Positions 20,192 to 29,832 of a DNA stretch of 43,172 bases are shown here, piece by piece. The notes under the pieces are model-generated. The model did not search any database. It had not been told where the DNA came from and saw only the letters and a program-made list of their open reading frames with translations. Source of the DNA: Acidobacteriota bacterium. Lineage in GTDB: Bacteria; Acidobacteriota; UBA6911. Where the stretch lies: assembly GCA_013388445.1 (NCBI GenBank), contig JACADW010000255.1:1-43172 (forward strand). Direction: 5' to 3'. Each line of letters starts with the position of its first letter. Within the stretch, counting starts at the first letter, position 1. A program made the translations under genes and the position numbers.

Positions 20192-20594
20192 GGAACATTA
20201 TGAGGCGAGCCGGTGGATCGAGACTGCGCGGGAAGACCTGGACGCGGCGCGGAGCCTGATGGAGGCCGGCAAGCATTCCCACTCGTGTTTCTTCAGCCAG
20301 CAAGCGGGAGAAAAGGCGGTCAAGGCCCTGTGGTATTTCATCGGAGAGGACCCCTGGGGCCATTCGATTCAAAAGCTGATCGCCGAGCTTCCCGATCCGG
20401 TCGCTCATGAACGGTTGAGGCCGCTCCTGGAAGCCGGCGCCCTGCTTGACCGCTATTACATTCCCACCCGCTATCCCAACGGCCTCCCCGATCTCACGCC
20501 GGGGCAGGTCTACTTCAGGAAGGACGCCGAGACCTGCCTGGAGGTGTCGGGCAAGTTGCTGGCTGTGGTAGGGGAATTCATTCGACCGGGATGA
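20178..20594 (+). CDS. HEPN domain protein, putative toxin
   Basis: AREDL, CFFSQQAGEKAVKA, WGHS, LDRYYIPTRYP. Confidence 0.92.
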   Translation: MSVDKEHYEASRWIETAREDLDAARSLMEAGKHSHSCFFSQQAGEKAVKALWYFIGEDPWGHSIQKLIAELPDPVAHERLRPLLEAGALLDRYYIPTRYPNGLPDLTPGQVYFRKDAETCLEVSGKLLAVVGEFIRPG

Positions 20595-20738
20595 TCCCGG
20601 GGTTTTTTCGGCACACCCGATCATTGGCGCCCGCAGCCGCCGCCCTGCGCTGCCGTCGAAAACCGCCGGAGGTTTTCCTGTGTCAGACTTCCTGCCCCGC
20701 AGCCGGGCGGCCTGGAGGAAGCCGATTGCCTGAGAGCC

Positions 20739-21158
20739 TCAGGACTTTGAGTCGGGACCTGGACTGGTCAGGACCAGCCTGCCGTGCTTCACACCCCTGA
20801 GGCTCAAGAGGCGGTCCGCAAATCTCTTGACCTCCGTTCCCCGTCCTTTCAGGATGATGACCTCAAGACAGTTGCGACGGTCCAGGTGCACGTGAGTCGT
20901 GGCCAGAACTCTGCCCTTATAGTCATGCTGGGCGTCGATCAACTGTTCGGACAGCCTGGGCTGATGATGGTCGTAGACAAGGGTGAGGCTTGCCACGATC
21001 ACCTTGTCCGATGCGACATCTTCCTCGACGAAGTGATTTCTCACCAGGTCTCGAATCGCCTCCGACCGGCTTCCGTAACCCTTCCTCTCGATCAGCCGAT
21101 CGAACTTCTCGAGCAGCTCGCGGTCGAGGGCGATCCCGGTTCTGATCAAGGATGACAT
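20739..21158 (-). CDS. nikR: Nickel-responsive transcriptional regulator NikR
   Basis: RHH domain (RTGIALD...SRSEAIRDL), YDHH, QH and HVHL...NCLE Ni-ligand motifs, GVKHG. Confidence 0.95.
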   Translation of the reverse strand: MSSLIRTGIALDRELLEKFDRLIERKGYGSRSEAIRDLVRNHFVEEDVASDKVIVASLTLVYDHHQPRLSEQLIDAQHDYKGRVLATTHVHLDRRNCLEVIILKGRGTEVKRFADRLLSLRGVKHGRLVLTSPGPDSKS

Positions 21159-21388
21159 GAGCGGCCTCTCGCCGACAGCCGGCGCGAAACACCGCCATTC
21201 TACACCAACGCCCGCAAGAGCGGCAGCCGCGGCGCGAGTGGCGGGACTCCAGAAGCGCACGGGCGCCGGTCGAACGGGTTCCCGGTCGCGCGCAGGATCC
21301 CATCGCCCGGCTTGCCGGAGCGCGGCCGCCGCACCTGCGCCATCCCAGGCTGGCGACCGGAGCTGCGCGCCCCACAGGACTATTTGGG

Positions 21389-21417
21389 TTGAAAACGCGC
21401 AGGCATTCTGCTAGTGT
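21389..21417 (+). promoter_or_regulatory. Sigma70-type promoter of the TBDR gene
   Basis: TTGAAA (21389-21394), 17-bp spacer, TAGTGT (21412-21417) preceded by TG at 21409-21410 (extended -10). Confidence 0.6.
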
Positions 21418-21440
21418 TACGAATTTAAAAAACGTAATAC
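21414..21440. promoter_or_regulatory. Putative NikR operator
   Basis: GTGTTACG-AATTTAAAAAA-CGTAATAC inverted repeat (GTGTTA-N15-TAATAC), AT-rich spacer, overlaps the -10 box, next to nikR. Confidence 0.8.
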
Positions 21441-21463
21441 CGACCATTTCGAGGAAGACCCAG

Positions 21464-23488
21464 ATGACACACAAGCCCCCTCTCCTGTCGGCTCTCCTTT
21501 GCCTCATGCCTGCCTGGTGCTTCGCCGGGGACCTGTCCCTCCGGTTCCTGGGCCCCAGCGAGTCTCCGGTGTCCGGAGCTACCGTGGAATTTCGGCTCGG
21601 CGCGGCAACCAGGCAGCCTCCTTCGGCGGTGACCGACAGTGACGGGCGCGTCAAGGTATCCGTGCCGCTGCCCGTCACAGTCCGGGCACAGGCTCCCGGG
21701 TTCGAAACGCTCGTCCTGAAGATCAGCAAGACGGACGGCGGGGAGGTCGTCCTCCACATGGTCCCCGCGGTATTCCACACGTCCGTCGAGGTGATGGTCA
21801 AGGAGGATCCCGCCTCTGAAAGCTCGGTTGAGCGAAGCGCTCTGCTGATCGACCGCAGCGGCGCCAGGACGGTCTATGACGCCGTCGACAGACTGATTCC
21901 CAGCGCCTACGTGCCCAGCAGGGGGGTCCTGGGGCACGGCCTGGGTATTTCCAATTCCATTACCCTGCGGGGACTGGGCGGGTCCCCGACGACCCAGCTG
22001 CTGGTGGTCGTGGACGGCCGCCCGGACGTGATGGGATTGATGGGGCACCCGATCCCCGACTTCTATTCTCTGACCGATGTGGGAAGCGTCAACGTGACTG
22101 CGGGGCCCGCTTCTGTGCTGTACGGCAATAGGGCGATGGCCGGGGCCATAGAAATCAAGCCCTCTCCCGCCGAACCGGGATTCCACACTGAATTGGCCAC
22201 CAGCCTGGGTTCTTACTACACCGGGCAGGATCGCCTGTCGCATGGCGGCAGGCTCGGCCGGTTTCATTATCGGGTGGCCGGGGGCATCGAACACACCAAC
22301 GGTCACCGCGAGAATTCCTCGTTTCGAAACCAGGACGGGACAATGCGCCTGTCCTATGACCTGACGCCGGTCTGGAGAGTCTCTGCCGACAGCCGCTACG
22401 GGCATTTCAACGTCGAGGATCCCGGGAGTGTCCAGACCCCAGCTCCCGGACGCTGGTCTCGCGTAGGAAGGGGCGGATACACCATCGCTATTGTGAACCG
22501 CGCCGAACAGGCGTGGGGATCCATGCGCTTCTTCGGCAGTCATGGCCGTCACATGATTCATGACGGATTTCGCTCGGTGGACAGCAACACAGGGTTCCGG
22601 GCGCAGGAAACAGTCTCCCCGATGAGGAATTTTGAATTCGACCTGGGCGCCGATTTCGCGCAATACGGAGGGAGGGCCAGAAACATCTCCACGGGCCTGG
22701 ACTATGGCGAACACGAGGTGCGCGAGGGCGGCGGATTTACCCGAGCCCGCTGCACTGTTTCGCCGAAGCTGCGGCTCAACGCAGGCTTCCGTTACGACCA
22801 TAATTCCATCTTCGGGGGCGTTACCGCCGGGGAATTCGGCGCTTCTTACCACTTGTCGGCCGACTATGCATTGTCCCTCGCCGTAGCCAAGGGGTTCAGG
22901 AACCCGACCATCCGCGAGCTCTATCTTTTCCCGGCCCCGACGCCGACCTTGCAGCCGGAGCGGCTCTGGAATTACCAGGCCACCTTCCAGCTGCGCCCGG
23001 TCTCCCGCCTGTTGGCATGGGTGACGGGATACTATTCGGATGCGAGCAACCTGATCGTGACCACCGGCCGGTTTCCCAGCCTGAAACTGGAGAATATCGG
23101 GCGCTCTTCCAACCGCGGGCTGGAAGCCAACGCGCGCCTGCGTCTTGCGCGCCGTGTCAACCTCTCTTCCGGCTACGCTCATCTCAGTTCCACCAACTTG
23201 GCGCCTTACGCCCCGGAAAACAGGCTCCTCTATTCCCTGGATGTCGACCTGCAGCGCGCCTTCGTCTCCCTCGGCGGGAGCACCGTCGGGCGGACGTGGG
23301 CGAATTCCGCAAGGACCCTGCGTGTGGGCGGATACACCGCAATGACGCTGAAATGGATGATTCCCGCGGGGAGACACTGGAGTTTCTTCGCGCTGGTCGA
23401 CAACCTGTTCAACCGGGACTACGAGGAACTCGCCGGCTACCCGATGCCGGGGACCAACGTGGCCGCAGGCGCGAAGGTCAAGTTCTGA
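21464..23488 (+). CDS. TonB-dependent receptor, probable nickel uptake
   Basis: Signal peptide, plug motifs TLRGLG, VVVDGRP, GPASVLYG; KGFRNPT, DNLFNRDY, terminal KVKF. NikR context. Confidence 0.92.
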   Translation: MTHKPPLLSALLCLMPAWCFAGDLSLRFLGPSESPVSGATVEFRLGAATRQPPSAVTDSDGRVKVSVPLPVTVRAQAPGFETLVLKISKTDGGEVVLHMVPAVFHTSVEVMVKEDPASESSVERSALLIDRSGARTVYDAVDRLIPSAYVPSRGVLGHGLGISNSITLRGLGGSPTTQLLVVVDGRPDVMGLMGHPIPDFYSLTDVGSVNVTAGPASVLYGNRAMAGAIEIKPSPAEPGFHTELATSLGSYYTGQDRLSHGGRLGRFHYRVAGGIEHTNGHRENSSFRNQDGTMRLSYDLTPVWRVSADSRYGHFNVEDPGSVQTPAPGRWSRVGRGGYTIAIVNRAEQAWGSMRFFGSHGRHMIHDGFRSVDSNTGFRAQETVSPMRNFEFDLGADFAQYGGRARNISTGLDYGEHEVREGGGFTRARCTVSPKLRLNAGFRYDHNSIFGGVTAGEFGASYHLSADYALSLAVAKGFRNPTIRELYLFPAPTPTLQPERLWNYQATFQLRPVSRLLAWVTGYYSDASNLIVTTGRFPSLKLENIGRSSNRGLEANARLRLARRVNLSSGYAHLSSTNLAPYAPENRLLYSLDVDLQRAFVSLGGSTVGRTWANSARTLRVGGYTAMTLKWMIPAGRHWSFFALVDNLFNRDYEELAGYPMPGTNVAAGAKVKF

Positions 23489-23705
23489 CGGCTCTCCGGC
23501 GGAAACGGGTTCGATAGGGACAGCGGATCTCGGGCACGCACGACCCGTGTCCGGCTCGAAGTCAAAGCGTCCGGACGTGCAGTTCGATTTGACAGGCCGC
23601 CCTTGCGGGAGGTGCCGTCCCGGCAACTTGCCGCTTGCTTCACCGGCGCCGCCGGACTAGAAATGGGGGGAATCAGCCACAAGCAACCACCTTTGAGGAA
23701 CCGCC

Positions 23706-24197
23706 ATGAACAAGCGTGATTTCATCGAGCAGATGCGCACGACCCAGGATCCCCTGATGAAGATGGTCGAGATGGTCCCGGAGGGTCAGATCGGCTGGGC
23801 ACCCGCCGTGGGTTTCATGACCCTGGGGCAGCTCTTGTATCATCTCGGCCAGAACTGGTGCATCGTAAGGATGATGGTCACGGACTGCTGGCCCGACTCG
23901 AATCCGGAAGCGATGGCGGAAGCCATGAAACTGAAGAACATGCCATCGTGCTCGAAGAGCGAGGCGATCGAGGCCATGCGAAAGGACTTCGCTGATGCTG
24001 CCGCCTATATCGAGAACGAGCTCAGCGAAGAGGACTTCTTCTCCCGAACCGTCTCAGCGCCGTGGGGATTCAAGGGAGAGATCTGGAAGGCGGTGCTGAT
24101 GGCGAGGGACCACCAGATGCACCACAAAATGCAGCTTCACATCTACCTGAAGCTGCTCAAACTCCCCGTCAACACCCAAACACTCTACGGGATGTAG
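23706..24197 (+). CDS. DinB/YfiT superfamily metalloprotein
   Basis: MTLGQLLYH...DHQMHHKMQLHIYLK His-triad pattern; GAGG RBS. Confidence 0.85.
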   Translation: MNKRDFIEQMRTTQDPLMKMVEMVPEGQIGWAPAVGFMTLGQLLYHLGQNWCIVRMMVTDCWPDSNPEAMAEAMKLKNMPSCSKSEAIEAMRKDFADAAAYIENELSEEDFFSRTVSAPWGFKGEIWKAVLMARDHQMHHKMQLHIYLKLLKLPVNTQTLYGM

Positions 24198-24224
24198 AAG
24201 CAGGGACGTTTCCCTGTTTCCTTT
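24197..24224 (+). terminator. Probable intrinsic terminator after the DinB gene
   Basis: GAAGCAGGGA-CGTT-TCCCTGTTTC hairpin with one G-U pair and a weak T tail. Confidence 0.5.
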
Positions 24225-24264
24225 GAGTCAAGGCTGCCAAGCGGGCTCCGGCGCAGTAGGCGCC

Positions 24265-24400
24265 GCTTGCCAGGCCGATCAGGCCCACAACGGACCTGCC
24301 GACGAAAGAAGCCCGGTCTTCGATCATCTTTGGGATCGTGCCCACCGCGGCTGCCACAAACGCCCACTGCAGAATGTTCCCTCGCGCCGCCACGCCAGCC
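24265..24400 (-). pseudogene. Fragment of a DUF6159-like membrane protein
   Basis: ILQWAFVAAAVGTIPKMIEDRASFVGRSVVGLIGLA resembles the conserved core of that family as recalled; no recognisable start or end. Confidence 0.45.
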
Positions 24401-24491
24401 GCAACCCGTCCGGCGACACAAAGTCCGTGACTCCGATCCGTTTCGGTCCACGAGTGTCATCATCAATCATCTCTGATACTTTTTATTCCAT

Positions 24492-24523
24492 TTGACATCA
24501 TATGGGACCTATTGCATCATATG
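24492..24523 (+). promoter_or_regulatory. vapBC promoter with two operator-like repeats
   Basis: TTGACA 24492-24497, 17-bp spacer, CATCAT 24515-24520. CATCATATG occurs at 24496-24504 and 24515-24523. Confidence 0.6.
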
Positions 24524-24526
24524 ACC

Positions 24527-24754
24527 ATGAGAACCACCATAACCTTGGATGATGACATTCTACATGAGGCCGCCAAGCGGGCCCGGATTCTGAAGATCTC
24601 GCTCGGCAAAGCCGTCTCGGACTTGGCCCGCCGCGGAATGCAGGCAACACCACCTGTGAAGCACGCAGACGGCCTGGTTGCATTCGACCCGCCGCAAGGC
24701 TCGCCCAAGATTACGATGCCCAAGGTTCGCGAGGCGCTCAGCGATTTCCCATGA
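24527..24754 (+). CDS. vapB: VapB-type antitoxin
   Basis: MRTTITLDDDIL...SLGKAVSDLARRG; ATGA overlap with the PIN gene. Confidence 0.85.
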   Translation: MRTTITLDDDILHEAAKRARILKISLGKAVSDLARRGMQATPPVKHADGLVAFDPPQGSPKITMPKVREALSDFP

Positions 24755-25197
24755 ACGTTTTCTTGCTGGACACCAATCTGCTCGTGGCGCTCCTCTGGAC
24801 CAACCACGAGCAGCACGAAGCCGCCAGATACTGGTTCCGCTCGCAGCGCAGGTCCGAATGGGCCACTTGCCCCTTCACTCAAGCCGGATTCGTCCGCATC
24901 AGCTCCAATCCACGCGTCTTCCCCGAAGCGCCGTCACCAGCCAAAGCCATCGAGGTACTCGAGGCAAACTTGCGCCATCCAAGGCACAGATTCTGGGAGG
25001 ATGATGTTTCGTTTGCGCAGGCAGTCGCTCCCTTTGCCGGCCTTCTTAGAGGGTACCAGCAGGTCACGGATGCCTACCTTCTCGGACTGGCGATGCATAG
25101 AGGAGGCATACTGGCAACCTTCGATGCGAGCATCGCAAACCTCGTCGGGCCGAAGTCGAGCTTCTCAGGATCAGTGGAAATCCTGAAATCCGAGTAA
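24751..25197 (+). CDS. vapC: VapC PIN-domain ribonuclease toxin
   Basis: LLDTNLLVAL, WATCPFTQAGFVRISSNP, QVTDAYLLGLA, LATFD. Confidence 0.93.
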   Translation: MNVFLLDTNLLVALLWTNHEQHEAARYWFRSQRRSEWATCPFTQAGFVRISSNPRVFPEAPSPAKAIEVLEANLRHPRHRFWEDDVSFAQAVAPFAGLLRGYQQVTDAYLLGLAMHRGGILATFDASIANLVGPKSSFSGSVEILKSE

Positions 25198-25251
25198 CGA
25201 GCTTCGGTCACCTACGAAAGCCTCTTCCGAAAATAGCGTCGTAAGAGTCCT

Positions 25252-25307
25252 GTGCATCGGGCTTCAGTCCGCCGGCCAAGCGTCGCCCGGCCTGAAGGCC
25301 GGGCCAC
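25252..25307. repeat. Inverted pair of REP-like palindromic units
   Basis: GTGCATCGGGCTTCAGTCCG (25252-25271) and CGGCCTGAAGGCCGGGCCAC (25288-25307) are imperfect reverse complements, each with an internal hairpin. Confidence 0.55.
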
Positions 25308-25551
25308 ATGACTTTGCGCAATGCACTGATTTTCAAGCGCTTGGGTGTGCCCCAGCGCATGAGAAACTGCCCCGAAGAGAAGCCAAGAGCCGGGTCCCAG
25401 GCGGGCGCGGGCTGCCTGGCGGACATGGCGCACTGGCGGCGCCAAGGGCGCGGATCAGCCTGGCCGGATGTGGTTATGTATGGCATCGGCGGGCAACCTC
25501 GACCGGGCAGACTCTCTGTTTTCATCCGTTGGGTGGGGCCGGCCTGGTTGC

Positions 25552-25700
25552 CTATCGTTCGAGCCTCCCCAGGAGATCCCGGGCCTCCGCGTAGTCCGGC
25601 CGCAGCCTGAGAGCTTCGCGCAACTCCGCGGCCGCCTCACCCGTCTTCTGCTGCATGGCCAACGCGGCGGCGCCCATAGCGTTGCGGTCCATGAATGACA
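25552..25700 (-). pseudogene. 3' relic of a TPR protein
   Basis: Minus-strand frame absent from the ORF track reads LAMQQKTGEAAAELREALRLRPDYAEARDLLGRLER* (one TPR unit). Confidence 0.55.
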
Positions 25701-25899
25701 CCCGTTTCGCCGGCTTGTCGGCCGCCGGATATCGGAAAACGATGGTATCCGCGGATCAGCCGTCGTCCCGCAACCTGTCCGCAACCTCCAGGCACGCCGA
25801 CATTGTGCATCTGAGGGCCAGCATCCGCTTGCGCGGAGGGCCGCCGCCCCATAGACTCGCTCTTCATCACCGCAAATGAAATGTCCGGGAGGATCTGCC

Positions 25900-28800
25900 A
25901 TGAAACGAAGCCCTTGGGCAGCGCTTCTGATCTTGTTAAACATGACAGTCTGTCTCCGCGCCCAGCAGGCGACGGTCCAGGAGGAAAAGAGGGTCTTCAA
26001 GACCTATCCCTTCTCCGGACCCGATCCGGCCCCCATCATGACGAGATCCAGCATATGGGGCAAAGGTCCGAGGCTCTATCCATACTTCTTCTTCGACAAA
26101 CTCAGCTATTCGGGCACGGACCAGCCCTGGGAAGTCGTGCGAATGGAAAACCCCTACATCCAGGTGTTCGTCCTGCCGGCTGAGGGAGGCAAGCTGCTCG
26201 GCGCCGTCGAAAAGAGCACGCAGAAGCAGTTCATTTACTTCAACCACGCCCGCAAGTTCCGGCAAATCGCCCTGCGCGGGCCCTGGACATCCGGAGGCAT
26301 CGAGCTGAACTTCGGCATCGTCGGCCACACGCCGGCGACGGCCACACCGGTCGATTACCTCTTCCGCAACAACCCGGACGGGAGCGTGAGCTGTTTTGTC
26401 GGGGCCCTGGACCTTCCCTCCCGAACTCAATGGCGGGTTGAGTTCATCCTGCCCCCCGACAAGGCTTATTTCGAATCCCGCGCGCTCTGGTACAACCCGC
26501 AACCCCTCAACCAGTCCTATTACGTCTGGATGAACGCCGCGAACAAACTCAGCAAGGACCTCGAGTTCATTTTCCCCGGGACGATGTACATCGGGCACAA
26601 CTACGCCGTCCCGGAGCGTCCCTGGCCGATGAAGGAAGGCAGGAACTTGGCCCTCTACAAGGAACATGACGACAGCGACGAGGGGAGCTTCTTCATCCAT
26701 GGCGCCTTCAACGATTCCTCCGGCGGCTACTGGCACGATTCCCAGTTCGGCTACGGGCACTGGGCCTTTCACGAGGACGTGCCGGGGCAGAAGTTCTTCC
26801 GCTGGCCGCTCTCGCGCGCCGGGGCGATCTGGGAGAGCTTGCTGACCGACACCGACGGTCCGTACTTCGAGCCGCAGAACGGACGGCTCCTCGATCAGAA
26901 CGACCATGAGTTCTTCGCGCCCTACACCACGGACCGATGGCGCGAAGTGTGGTTCCCTTACAAGAAGATCGGCCCGATGGTGAAGGCGACGCCCTACGGA
27001 GCGCTCAATGCCCGGAACACGGACGACAAGGTCGTGATCGCTCTCTGCGCCCTGCAGAAGATCGACGAGGAGCTGGTGGTGCGCGCCGGCGCCAGGGAGA
27101 TCTACCGGGAGAAGCTGAAGCTCAAACCGATGGAGGTCTATGAGAAGAAGCTGGCGGCAACCGTGAAGAAGGGCGACCTCCGCGTCGACATCGGCGACAA
27201 GCTGTCCTACGCGGACGATCCCGCGGCGGAACTCCTGAAGCGCCCGCTGAATTTCCGCAACTACGAGGAGGACACCCTCGAAGGCCTCTACCAGAACGCG
27301 GAGCGCGAGGAAAAGGCGCGCAATTATGACCTCGCGCTCCAGAAATACCTCGAGTGCCTTAAGCGGGAGCCCATGCACATGCGTGCACTGACGAGGGTGG
27401 CCGAGCTCTACTGCCGCAGGGCCGAGTACGAGAAGGCGCTGGAGTATGCGTCCAGGGCGCTCGACTACGTCATGTACGACCCCGACGCGAACTACATTTA
27501 CGGCGTCATCGCGAGGCGGATGGGGAACCTCGTCGACGCCAAAGAGACCCTCGGCTGGGCGGCGTGATCGATGAAGTACCGCTCCAGCGCCAACTGCCAG
27601 CTCGGCGAGGTCTACATGATGGAGGGCAAGCCCGGCCGGGCGCTGGAATTCCTGCGGCGCGCGCTGGACTACGACGTGCACAGTATCAAGGCCCAGCAGG
27701 TGCTTGCCACCGCCTGTCGCCTGTTCAAGCAGCCGGACGATGCGAGGAAGGCCCTTAACCGGATCCTGGAAATCGATCCGCTCAACCATCTTGCCCGGTT
27801 TGAACACTATCTCCTCGAGCCGGAACCCCAAAAACTCGACGTCTTCAAGTCGCTCATCCGGAACGAGATCCCACACGAGACCTACCTCGAAATCGCGATG
27901 TACTACGTCAGCCTAGGCCTGGAGGAGGACGCGCTCCGCCTGCTGGAAGTGGCGCCGGAGCAGCCGGCCATCCGCTACTGGCAGGCGTATCTGTTGAGAG
28001 ACAGATTGCCGCAGCGGAGCCGCGAGATCTTGAGGAAGGCGTCGTCGCTTTCGCCGTACCTGGTCTTCCCCTTCCGCGGGGAATCGATCCCGGTCTTCCA
28101 GTGGGCCGACAGGTCGCTGCCGGGCGACTGGAAGGCGAAATACTACCTGGGCCTGATCTACTGGGGGCTCCGGAGGCAGGAGGACGCACTGAAGGCGCTC
28201 GCCGACTGCGGAGACCGACCGGACTTCGCGCCCGCATACATATGCCGCGCCTGGCTCGAGAGAGACTCCGACCCGAAGAAGGCGCTTGCGGATTTCGAGC
28301 GTGCCCACGCCGTGGACCCGAACGACTGGCGAAACTGGCGCCGCCTGGCCAACTTCTGCAGCGAGCAGGGCATGCACGAGCGGGCTATGACTCTCGCCGT
28401 GGAGGCTTCCCGGCGCTTCCCCGACGAGGACCTCATCAGGATCCTGCTGGCGAGGACGTACCTGAACAACGGCCGCTACCGGGACTGCTATACGGTGCTT
28501 GAGAAAGCGACCATCCTCCCCTTCGAAGGGCAGCGCGACGTGCATGACCTGTTCGTCCAGTGCCAGATCTGTCTGGCGATGGAAGCCATGAAGAAAGGCC
28601 GGTTCGGCGAAGCCATCCGGCATCTGGAAGATTCCAAGGAGTATCCGGAAAGGCTGGGGACGGGCAAGCCTCAAGACCCGGATTACAGGGTCCAGGACTA
28701 CTTGATGATGCTGGCCTATGGCGAGATGGGTGAGAGCGCCGGGGCGGAAGAAGCCCGCGGGCGGATCGCGGAATACGCGTCACGCAATCCACGGAGAGCG

Positions 28801-28923
28801 GCGGAGGGTTCTGAAGCCGCTGTGGACCAGTGGTACCGCATGAGCTTCAAGTCCCAGAGCGAGCTGGAGGCGCTCAGAGCGCTCACGCGGCTGGTCCAGG
28901 CCAGCAGGCCGAGGCGGAACTAG
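25900..28923 (+). pseudogene. DUF5107 + TPR protein split by one in-frame TGA
   Basis: GGAGG RBS, signal peptide, MENPYIQVFVLPAEGGKL, WTSGGIELNF. TGA 27565-27567 in LGWAA*SMKY, after which the same frame continues with TPRs to 28923. Confidence 0.85.
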
Positions 28924-29832
28924 GCAATGGGGGTCGGACCAACGCAAGATAAATCCCATCAGCACATTGGCGGCAAAAAGGGTTCCAAAAGCCGGTTGAT
29001 TCCCTTTTTCCGCAGGTCGCGCCCGCAATTTCCTACACGACAATGCGATTATCTTAATGTTTCTCTGTAATTTATCCGCCCATAGGTCCGTTCATTGACG
29101 TATTGGGCAAGAAGTGCACTGAGATGTAGCCGATTTGCGCCGGTGCTGTCAGCCATCAGCGGTATAGCTACTCCGTAGTCTGAATGAAATGGAAGATATC
29201 CACAGGCGTCCTAGAAACGTCTTGCTCTGGAAATCTCCGGAGGCGATCGCGGTGGCGCTAGGTGCCGCAGGTTGGTTCGGTGTAGGGTTACCCGCGCGGC
29301 GGGGAGACTGGCGTAGACTGTCAGTGGTGGAGCCTCCTGATGCCCCTTTGAAAGTTCTGCCGCCTCCGTCCGCGCGGGCGTCGTGATTAAGGCGATTGGT
29401 GCCGCGGCTTGCGTCCCGCGGCCCGCAAACACGAACCGTTCCGTTGAAACGACCCTACGTCGGACCGCGTGCAACTGGAGAATCTTCCCACCTGATTTCG
29501 ATCGGACCTTCGGAGGCACCATCTCGGTTCCTCAAATCACCGAACCTGGGATCAACGCCGGAAAGTGGCTGCCCCGTCGAGCAACAGGGCCGTCACCCCC
29601 TCCCGGTCGTCCTTTTTGTGACAGATAGCGGCGTATGATTGCAATAAGCGGTGCCTCCGCTCTATGAGGTAGGAGTCAATAGGGGACGATGAACCTTGTG
29701 TCCATCCCCTTCCGACAAACACGCTATGCGGTCACGGTACAGGCGTGCTCACGATACTTCCTCCGGAACACATCTTCACGCAGGTTGAGACCGGAGCCCG
29801 GCAGTCGGGCACTCGCACTTTCCCCTCCCTGA

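Noticed and set aside
21200-21463. Cobalamin riboswitch upstream of the BtuB-like receptor
   Set aside because: No B12-box motifs seen, and the predicted promoter leaves only a ~40-nt leader. The GC-rich stems lie upstream of the promoter.
21425-23626. 733-aa minus-strand ORF, and similar long antisense ORFs (25936-27876, 17307-18620, 32181-33659)
   Set aside because: Shadow frames of real genes in GC-rich DNA with no recognisable motifs.
29100-29740. Integron attC site, ncRNA or small genes in the long intergenic region
   Set aside because: No convincing RYYYAAC/GTTRRRY pairing, RNA family motif or protein motif; only a weak hairpin at about 29681-29710.
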